A program made the position numbers and the translations under genes. The notes beneath the pieces were generated by a model that was given only the letters and a program-made list of their open reading frames with translations, had not been told where the DNA came from and did no database searches. Source: Tubulanus polymorphus (Eukaryota > Animalia > Nemertea). Taken from it: a DNA stretch of 64,000 nt. The number at the start of each line of letters is the position of its first letter. Positions within the stretch are counted from its first letter, which is position 1. The stretch spans positions 1,736,001 to 1,800,000 of the forward strand of contig NC_134035.1 in NCBI RefSeq assembly GCF_964204645.1, written 5' to 3'. Below are positions 55,401 through 64,000 of this stretch, in pieces.

Positions 55401-58400
55401 TCAAAAATCGCATTGACTGGCAACCAGTCTAAACGGACTAGTCCCAATATTGATGATGTAGTGCACATTCGACTCACACAGTACCCCTTATTTAATGCAT
55501 AGTGATTAGCAATATACAAATACATTGTTGAAACGGTTTTTACGCCGTCAAAAAACTATGTTTGTCCAGAAACCGCAGCAACCTCACGGCAAAAAAAAAA
55601 TATAATTAAGAAATCTTTTGAAATGAAAAAATGAGCACGCAACGTTCTGAATAGGCTACGTTGGTCCAGAAACCGGGTTCATTTCCTTGACGACTTTACG
55701 TTGATAGGTGGCTACAGGAAGTGTTCAGTCAAGCGGACGAGGAAAAGGAAGGCTTTCTCGCCGAATATGACATAATAGATTTAATGAAAAAACTGAATAA
55801 AAACGTCAGCACGCCGATGATTCTACAAAAACTGAAGGTAAATCGATAGACGGTAGACAGTTTTCATCCTCAGTTAAAGTTGGTTGATCACTAGGTTTAT
55901 TTATGTTATGGGTTAGGCCTTTTTTGATTGCTTGGAGTACAGACCTACCACCCCGGAGTTCCACAGAAAAATTCATTATTTTCACCAAAAAAAAAATCAA
56001 TTTTTGTCATGTCACTTTTTGATCTATCGTTTTTCAAAAAGTGTTAGTTTTCCTCATTTTTTGTATGGTTTGAATTCAATTCATCATAATTTTCATTACT
56101 ATTTCTGCAAATTATACAATTTTTCTGCAGTCCTCTCAATATTCTATGTTTAGAATACTCGAATGATGAAAAAATGTATTTCTTTATTTTTCCCTGTTTC
56201 TTTCTATTTCATAATGCCTGACATAAAAAAGTAATTAATTCTCCCCCTTTTATTTTTTGCCTTTCCTCTCATTTTTTCTTGAGAAAATCTGTTATCCGAG
56301 TAATTTAAAAAGACACCTTATGTATCATTTGACCCTGGATTGAAATGCGGAACTGCGGAGCGAGAGAATCGTTGAGAATTGTTTCGCGAACGAGGTTTTT
56401 AAGTTGTCACTAGAGTGTGAATTTTAGTAGGATATCAACGTTCACTATTCCATCACGTTGTTTTATCGTTTGTAGGAACACTCACACTATATGAATAGCG
56501 ATATCGAGGGTCGAGGTAGACTCTCTAGCGAGGAGTTTAGTTGTATATTCAAAGAAGTCACAACCAGGCCAGAAATCTATTTTTTATTAGTAAAGTAAGT
56601 CATCATTCTCACCCCCCCCCTTCCCCAACACGATTGATTGAACATCACTGTTTTGACCAGGTCCGAGACGATTTCAAATAGGATATAGAAACGTGGGCCT
56701 AATTGCTCAAAATTCATTTAGCTCGTTAATATCCTATCTATCTGTTTTTGAGCAAAACCCACAAACGATGATTTCGCAATGGTTTACTTTCATTTCTCTG
56801 ATGATTTAGTCCAAACTATCAGAAAATCACTGGAACGAACTTATGAGCAACTAGTCCCAGGTTCAACTGCTGTGATAAGACAATTGAATTAATCTTTCAG
56901 AGATGAAGCACTATAATAATATACCGATGTTTTTATTTGACAGATACTCCAGTAATGCTGATTACCTTTCTACAGATGATTTATTACTATTTTTAGAGGC
57001 GGAACAAGGGGTAAGTTTAGTATAGCTCCTTCATACCTCTAGACTTCAATAGGTGCATCCAGGGGTAAAATGCGAAGGTCTGACAAAGTTTTTAAGGGCT
57101 AGTTGAAAATTTTTAAAAATTCTGACTAGATTGCCAGAGAAAATTAGTTTGTTAAAAGATGCAATCTATGGATCTACGAAAGTCTCATATTAGACCCCCT
57201 GGATTGGCCCCTGCATGCGAAATGCTCTATGGCAAGTAACAGTACAATGTTACTCTGTTTGCATTTTGTACAGATGACTCGGGTAACCAAAGATAAATGC
57301 ATGGACATAGTGAATACATTCGAACCATCAAAAGAAGGACGACGGAAAGGACAACTCGGGATAGACGGTATGTGCTATACGCTAAGATAAAGTGCTTTAA
57401 ACTGAAAAACGCATTCCCTTATATTGATTATATACAGTGGAACCTTGTTACAAGGAACCTCGTGGCATCAGAAATTATGTTAAACTAATAAGAATATAGG
57501 ATTCAAGGATATAGGTTTAAACCACCAATCAGCCAGAAATTATGTGACTTTCCGTTTTTGATCTAACAGGGTCTTATGAAAGATCCTTAGATTCTAGGAT
57601 TGGAATAAAAAAATTGGGGCAGATACCAATTCCAATATGACTCCCCAGAAGGGACTTGTTTGCACGTACTGGTTGCTCAGAGCTGCTAACCTGTATCCGG
57701 TTGCTGAAAACTGATATTCAGATATTCAATTATTCTTCATTGACTTAAAAATCGTAACTTGACTTGAGAAGTTAAACGCAGTTCGCATCTCATATTTCAC
57801 AAATTATTTTCCGAGGTTTGAATCCCGGCAAATTTATTCCCATCAGTTTGATTCGAATAGTGCAACTCTGTGCAGAAAACCTGTTGTCGCTGCTTTGCGG
57901 CTATATTTATTTTTATTATTTTTTTTCAGGATTTACGGCTTATTTACTTTCCAAAGAATGTGATATATTCGATCCGGAGCATAAGAAAGTTTGCCAAGAT
58001 ATGACTCATCCCCTTTGTCATTATTTCATCGCCAGCTCACATAACACGTAAGTAACGATACGATACCCTCTACGGGGTTACTCGATGAGATATATCAATT
58101 TACCGGCAATTTACCGACAATTCAACGTTGAACCGTTCGGATTACTGAAGAGACTCCGAATAATACCTGATACGTGATCAGACCGGAGACAATCTACGGT
58201 CTCTCGGCAATATCGCTTGATTTATTCGGCAATGTTTTATAGATATTTAATGGAAGACCAGTTGAAAGGTCCGTCGAGTGTCGATGGTTATATTCGTGCC
58301 TTGAGGAAAGGATGTCGATGCGTCGAGCGTAAGCATGCATTTCTCTTTCATCTCTCTCTCGTGCTCCCCGGTTCTCGATAATAATGGGGCCCCGATGATG

Positions 58401-61399
58401 CTGCTGCGGCGAGTGAGGATGCGCTCGGAGTGTTCGGCCCCGTTTGATTGAGCTCTCTACGAAAAAGGAATTACGTGTATCTACTTTCACTTTTGATTGT
58501 TTTCGGCGTTTGAAAGTTTCTGGCAAAAATTACCGATGAAAGACAAATCAAATTCACACAATCAGAAAAAAAGGACAGCTAGCGGATATCCCGCGGGGCA
58601 TAGTAAGATTATAAACAAAATTTATTCATCAGAAATTAATACCTAAAGATAACGACGTTTCAGACAATCATCATTTAAATCTAAAGACCGTCACTTTAAT
58701 CATTTTAATGTTCTGAATTTGTTAAATTTTTTTAATGTTTATTCATTTTAATGTTCTGAATTTGTATTAAATGGGTTTTAATCTTATCCTGTGCACATTT
58801 CCCCGAATAAATCAATTATGGTTAGGAGACGAGCGGAGACGAGAGCTCACATCCTAATGATCACTGCATTAACTTGTTAGTTGGTGCTATCTTGAAAGCT
58901 TTCTTCTTAAGAGCTTTTTGTCACGGAAAATACTTAGATGCTTGATGCTTAGTGATTTTTTTTATCCCGACGGAAAGATATTACTGAGGGTCTTAATGTT
59001 CATTACTGATTAGTTTGAACGTTTCTCTCATATTTCAATGAAATATTCTTGAAAAATTTCAACTAGACACTGATCACACTTTGCTGAGGTTGTCAGCCCT
59101 GTTTATTGATAGCATTAATCTATAAATGAAACAATGGAATCCAACCTGAAAAAATTATGATTTCATTATTATTATTTTCGTCTCTTGAACACGCAGTTGA
59201 TTGTTGGGATGGCCCAAACGATGACCCTGTGATATACCACGGCCATACGTTAACGACGAAGATATCATTCAAGGCAGTCGTCGAGACTATTGATCAACAT
59301 GCATTTATAACTTCAGAGTAAGTATCTAGATTTATTCCGATCAAAACTCAACGAAAACAAACAACCAATTTTTGAAGCATTCGCATCCGCCTCCAAACGA
59401 TCAAACGCAGACCGAAGGGGTCGTACAAGACTTGCGCCAGAACCTAAGGATTTTGATTGCTCTTTAGGCGCTTTGTCAGAATTCAGGAAAAACTTGAGAG
59501 AATTTGAATATGCTAATGACAAAGTATTTCTTTATCAATACGTGATTCATGAAAAATGTAACATTTTAAACAAAGAAATTCCTCAAATTTAATCAAGGTT
59601 TTTTATGTTATAACATAAAAAAATCAGGGAACTCAGGGAATTTGTTAGTTGGTTCAAAAGTGGCGCACCTTGTGATCTAATCCTTGTTATTGTTTCACGT
59701 TTACATTGTAACCGATGTGTGATTGGTATAATTGTAGATATCCGGTGATACTGTCCATCGAGAATCACTGTAGCATCAAACAGCAACAAGCGATGGCGAA
59801 TTACATGATTAAAACGTTCGGCGATAAACTGTTACGAGCGCCGCTTGAACACGACAACGATCAACAACGTCTGCCGTCACCGGAAAATATGAAAGGCAAA
59901 ATACTCATCAAAGTAAGCAGAAAAATTTCTTGTCAATTTTCCGGAATTGTTTCAGACATTAGCCGACTCTCCCCTGCCATTGTTAGGTCTAAGCAGATTT
60001 ACCTTGTTTCTTGTGCCTTTTGTCGAAAGCTTTTTGTGATTAGCTAATAATGATGGTGGGGAAACTTGGGTGTGAGGATTGGGTGTGAGGATTAGGGCGG
60101 GTAAGCTGGCTACCCATATCGAAAATGGAGGTCATCGGCCTTCAAATATGGCGCCAGGGCAGCTATCTTTGATTTCTTGTTAGCCTGCAATATCTGATGG
60201 ATATCCATGAAACTTGACGTGAGAGTAAAGACAGGTTTAAATGTGTTCAACACAAATGAAATATGGATTTATAAGGTCATGGAGTACATATTAGTTACAT
60301 TCATTTGTCACCTTAAGGGTTTGAAGTTATGGCGATAGCAGTGCAATGATTGGATTTTTTTTTCAGTTCATAATTGATAATTTCCTAACTCCTATTTACC
60401 GCTGTCCCTTTTCAGTGTAAAAAGTTGGCTCATGATTTCGAAGGATCTGAAGGCTACGTCACCGACGAAGATGAGAATTCGGACATCGAAAGAAGGAAAA
60501 ATAATAAGCGAGTACGTATTTTTTTTTTCTCATCCGAACATCTTCGTCGTCGTATTTGATCTCGAGTTATTGATAACGTTCGTCTTTTTTAAAACGCGGT
60601 ATTAACGATGGCGATGATATGAACGATATCGTTTTACAGGAAGGATCGATGAAAAAAGTGAAATTAGCCAAAGAGTTATCCGATCTAGTCATCTATTGCA
60701 AGTCTACAAGATTCGAAGAGTTCTCTGTTTCGCAATCTAAACGTAAGTTCGTATCTCGAATAGCTTCTCAAAATGCCATTTCTTCTGGACCTTGGCTTTA
60801 CAATTTTCCTAGTGCTTTATGACCATGGTAAAATCCAAACTCACTAATGTCATCTTGTGATGAATGTGAGTTTTATTGACAATTTTTTGTACATGATTTA
60901 ATGGAAATAAAATTCATATATTTAAAGAAAACCATGGTCAAATTTGGCTTGTGCCTGATTCGTTGCACCTATGCCACATGGTTTGCATGCCAAATTTTAG
61001 CACTGGTCAAATTATTCCATGTGAATGCTAATTTGTTCATGAAGTGACTTGCAATGTTGAATTTGAATGAAAAACTTTTGTTGTTTCGAGGAAGGTTCCC
61101 ACTTAAAATTTTTGAAAAAATACATCTACTTAATCTCATCTCTTTTGTTTTTGTGTGCAGAAAAATACACAGAAATGTGTTCATTTTCCGAGGCGACCGC
61201 TTTGAAATTAGCGAATTCTTGCCCGGAAGAATTCGTCAATCACAATAAACATTATCTATCACGCATATACCCGAACGGTATGAGAGTCGATTCCAGTAAT
61301 TACAATCCTCAGGATCTGTGGAACTGCGGTTGCCAGTTAGGTTAGTAGCATCGGATATTGTTTAGTGAGGTCACATGAATTTCATTTCACAGACAACAA

Positions 61400-61442
<43 letters not shown>

Positions 61443-63891
61443 AGTCTGTCTACGTAAGTGAAAAAACCCATGATCAGAAAAAAGTATGAAAGTTGCGTAA
61501 CGGGGTATATGGAGATCGTAAAGGCTTAAACTCAATTCAAGTCTAACTATCTCTGAATAACTTTTAAGTTTAGACTCAATTCAAGTCTAACTATCTCTGA
61601 ATAACTTTGAAGTTTAGACTCAATTCAAGTTGAAAATCCTATGATAGTTTTTCTTTTGATCGTGGATTATTTCGCTTATGATTTCCTTTGTACTGGTGAT
61701 CTTGTATATTATCAATGTTATAAAAGCTGGTTTAAGTGAAGTTATTCGTCGATTCCAGTGGCTCTAAATTACCAAACTCCCGGATTAATGATGGACTTGA
61801 ACGACGGACATTTTCGTAAAAATGGTGCTTGTGGCTACATGCTGAAACCAGCCATCATGCGCGAGGAAATCGCGTACTTCAGTGCAAATACTCGCGACGT
61901 GATACCAGGTGTATCACCGCAACTACTACATATACGGGTACGTTATCGGTATGTTTGCCAAGCGTTTCTTAATGATCATACTGTCGTCCATGGACCTCTT
62001 TAAGTCCATTTCTGTCCAGTATGAGTGAATAGTGGTAACAGTGGCAGAAGTGGAAGTATGAGATATGTCGCAGTAGCAATGATGGTAGACAGATGGATCT
62101 AGGGTCAGATTCAGGGATGGGCTCACCTCCAAAATACGGCATATATGGTTAAAAGGGCACCCTGAAAGAAAGCTCAACGGAAAACATTACCTTTTATTTT
62201 TGGAAATGAGAGAACTAGCTTAGGGCAAACTTACATTTTCAGGGGAGAGGCTGTGCACCCGAAGCACTCTCCCTTTGGATCTGTTCCTGTAAGAACTGGA
62301 AGTGGCAATGATTTGAGAACGGACTTTCAGAGAAATGAGAACATTCTGATCAACTATGTATACTGTACATTAGTATTTCATCACTGCTCAACACGCTCTT
62401 TTCAGATAATAAGTGGATACCAATTTCCAAAACCTCGCGGGTCGGGGGCGAAAGGTGACACTACGGACCCGTACGTTACCGTGGAAATATTCGGCATTCC
62501 TGCTGATTGTGCCGAGGAAAGAACCAAAACTGTACCGCACAATGGTAACTATAGATACAATAGACAATAGACTGCACCTTACTCGGTACTGGGTCAACAC
62601 ATTAATCAATGCGATGAATTCATTTTGAAAAACTCATACTTGCCTGACTCTCAGTATATCTGCTCTACTCCGTGAAATATTCACAGTCCCAACTACTTAG
62701 TAAGGCGCAGTTAAACTAGTAGACTCCTCCTTACTCGCTAAACAGATACAGTTGGTGAAATTTACTAAAATTAGTTTGGAAAAACTGTTAATCTCCCTGA
62801 TACTGGTAAACGATGTATCTGGTCAACTAGAATATTTTGTTCAAAATTTCTGAATAAGGCACTGTTTACTGCATTTTATGCTTCAGATTCCATGCCAAAC
62901 AAAGTTCTCACTTAGATTTGGCTAACGTGAGCCATACATTTGCACGCTTACGCTTTAAAATGTTATCTTGGTATTTCAGGTCATAATCCCGTGTTTGATG
63001 AAAGTTTCGAGTTCCAGATTAACTTGCCAGAGCTGGCTCTCGTGCGGTTCGCTGTTCTCGACGATGAATACATCGGAGATGAGTTTATAGGTCAACATAC
63101 AATACCATTCGAATGCATGCAAACTGGTAAATATCGATTTAAATAGCTTTAGTTAGAGCCCTTCCATTTAATTACATTGACTTCTTTTTCAAGACGAAAT
63201 CGAAGGGTAAAGGGAACAAAAGAATTTTAAGATTGGTCGTTGGTTTGATTTTCATATTTTTTCAATGTTTAAAGTTGCGCGATTGTTTCTGATTTTGCAG
63301 GTTATCGTCACGTGCGCTTGTATTCAAACACAGGAGAATTACTGGAAAACTGCACTCTATTTGTACACGTAGCAATAACCAACAAACCAGGGGGTGGGGT
63401 AAGTACGGAATGCAATCCAAATTTAATCATCAATTTAGATAATGTGGATATTTCCATCAGAATGATGAGGACTTCTGCCAGCAGCTGGTACGCCTAACAA
63501 TAGGACATGGTTAATTGAAATTTAGTGCATATTCTATTAACTTTTTTTGCTATTGATTATCAAAAAAGGACGAATCTTAAATCTAGAAATATTGTATTCT
63601 CACGATGCGTTGGAAAACATCACTTTATGAATTTAATTGTGCGTTATTGAATTTGAAAAAATAACTGACCTCACTTGCCATAAGTGGTATCCATTATGTT
63701 GTAGTTGACCACGGATATATTTGAATATGACTCGAGGTCATCGTTTTGATGACTTTCTGAAACCGTTTTCTTATGACGTATTGCAGAAAGGCAGTCGCCG
63801 TGGTTACGGACATCAAAAACGCGGGCGAAAACGTCGTGAATACACGAGCATGAAGCACATAGGGCTGAAGAGCATAGACGAAACTTTCAAA
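49494..63891 (+). CDS. PLCL: Phospholipase C-like protein (PLCL/PRIP family orthologue), spliced CDS of 19 visible exons, 5' and 3' incomplete
   Basis: The exons join in frame through GT-AG introns (2363 nt, about 787 codons). They encode PH ([21 protein letters not shown]...ANIWVTGL), EF-hands, X box (SSHNTY, ELDCWDG, IYHGHT, SIENHC), Y box (SRIYP, DSSNY, VALNYQ) and C2. They end in a PLCL-type tail ([20 protein letters not shown]...[19 protein letters not shown]) resembling mammalian PLCL1/2 rather than PLC-delta. Confidence 0.95.
50188..50400 (+). CDS. PLCL: PLCL exon (PH domain C-part)
   Basis: ttttcag| [71 protein letters not shown]; donor g|gtacat. A same-phase donor at 50386 is also possible. 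Confidence 0.88.
52323..52403. repeat. (TA)n microsatellite (others at 42290-42368 and 49830-49882; (TCTG)n at 61399-61450; (GA)n at 32863-32905)
   Basis: direct reading. Confidence 0.95.
53354..53560 (+). mobile_element. piggyBac-type MITE copy, 3' truncated (PLCL intron)
   Basis: ttaa-CCCTCTCAGTGC...gaaagatggcagcacctgtcaaacat...gatacaccgcacc. Confidence 0.75.
54568..54610 (+). CDS. PLCL: PLCL 43-nt exon (PH-EF linker)
   Basis: tccacag| [15 protein letters not shown]; followed by the U12-type donor GTATCCTTTT; bridges phase 1 to phase 2 as the flanking exons require. Confidence 0.88.
54611..55707 (+). other. U12-type (minor spliceosome) GT-AG intron
   Basis: 5' splice site GTATCCTTTT; branch site TTCCTTGAC at 55683-55691 with the A 17 nt before the terminal G; no polypyrimidine tract; splicing restores the frame ...RDR|WLQEVF. 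Confidence 0.9.
55708..55837 (+). CDS. PLCL: PLCL exon (EF-hand 1)
   Basis: [43 protein letters not shown]; donor aag|gtaaat. Confidence 0.92.
56476..56594 (+). CDS. PLCL: PLCL exon (EF-hand 2)
   Basis: tttgtag| [40 protein letters not shown] |gtaagt. Confidence 0.92.
56944..57010 (+). CDS. PLCL: PLCL exon (EF-hand 3)
   Basis: gacag| [22 protein letters not shown] |gtaagt. Confidence 0.93.
57049..57213. mobile_element. Diverged hAT-like MITE (CAGGGGCGGATCCAG-type ends); relatives at ~62100-62289, ~10724, ~20745, ~12617
   Basis: aggtgcatccagggg...cccctggattggcccctg; similar ends recur through the window. Confidence 0.45.
57274..57367 (+). CDS. PLCL: PLCL exon (EF-hand 4)
   Basis: tacag| [32 protein letters not shown] |gtatgt. 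Confidence 0.93.
57930..58047 (+). CDS. PLCL: PLCL exon (start of X box)
   Basis: ttttcag| [39 protein letters not shown] |gtaagt. Confidence 0.95.
58243..58328 (+). CDS. PLCL: PLCL exon (X box)
   Basis: tttatag| [28 protein letters not shown] |gtaagc. Confidence 0.95.
59197..59317 (+). CDS. PLCL: PLCL exon (X box, second catalytic His)
   Basis: acgcag| [41 protein letters not shown] |gtaagt. Confidence 0.95.
59738..59912 (+). CDS. PLCL: PLCL exon (X box end)
   Basis: ttgtag| [31 protein letters not shown]...[14 protein letters not shown] |gtaagc. Confidence 0.95.
60416..60511 (+). CDS. PLCL: PLCL exon (X-Y linker)
   Basis: ttttcag| [32 protein letters not shown] |gtacgt. Confidence 0.92.
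60640..60742 (+). CDS. PLCL: PLCL exon (Y box start)
   Basis: tttacag| [34 protein letters not shown] |gtaagt. Confidence 0.93.
61161..61340 (+). CDS. PLCL: PLCL exon (Y box)
   Basis: gtgcag| [59 protein letters not shown] |gttagt. Confidence 0.95.
61759..61937 (+). CDS. PLCL: PLCL exon (Y box end / C2 start)
   Basis: ttccag| [60 protein letters not shown] |gtacgt. Confidence 0.95.
62406..62544 (+). CDS. PLCL: PLCL exon (C2)
   Basis: tttcag| [46 protein letters not shown] |gtaact. Confidence 0.95.
62980..63126 (+). CDS. PLCL: PLCL exon (C2)
   Basis: tttcag| [49 protein letters not shown] |gtaaat. Confidence 0.95.
63301..63398 (+). CDS. PLCL: PLCL exon (C2 end)
   Basis: tttgcag| [33 protein letters not shown] |gtaagt. 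Confidence 0.95.
63787..63891 (+). CDS. PLCL: PLCL exon (PLCL-specific C-terminal region; gene continues beyond window)
   Basis: ttgcag| [35 protein letters not shown] |gtgagt. Confidence 0.92.
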
Positions 63892-64000
63892 GTGAGTTGA
63901 TCCTTTCAGTGATAGAGTTTTATACCCTATATCCGCTGATGGGAAGGATGCAAGCCTATCCTTTGTGACTGACGACTTCAATTTCGAATAGTGCTTTATT

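Overview
This is eukaryotic (invertebrate animal) genomic DNA, not prokaryotic. The only protein-coding gene I can support is a + strand phospholipase C-like gene (PLCL/PRIP orthologue). I reconstructed 19 coding exons (49494-63891, about 787 codons) with consistent splice phases, covering PH, EF-hand, X, Y and C2 domains and the start of the PLCL-specific C-terminal tail. The gene runs off the right edge, and I could not find its N-terminal exon(s). Unlike mammalian 'inactive' PLCL1/2, all canonical PLC catalytic residues appear intact. One intron (54611-55707) is a U12-type minor-spliceosome intron. The first ~49 kb is non-coding and probably a very large 5' intron. It is packed with minisatellites, non-autonomous DNA transposons (piggyBac-, PIF/Harbinger- and hAT-like), tRNA-derived SINE heads and Penelope-like retroelement remnants, including a cluster of minimal hammerhead-ribozyme motifs at ~22.9-23.4 kb. 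Across the window, CpG-rich and CpG-depleted blocks alternate with an apparent period of about 0.9-1 kb. Nearly all ORFs in the supplied track outside the PLCL exons are repeat- or chance-derived.
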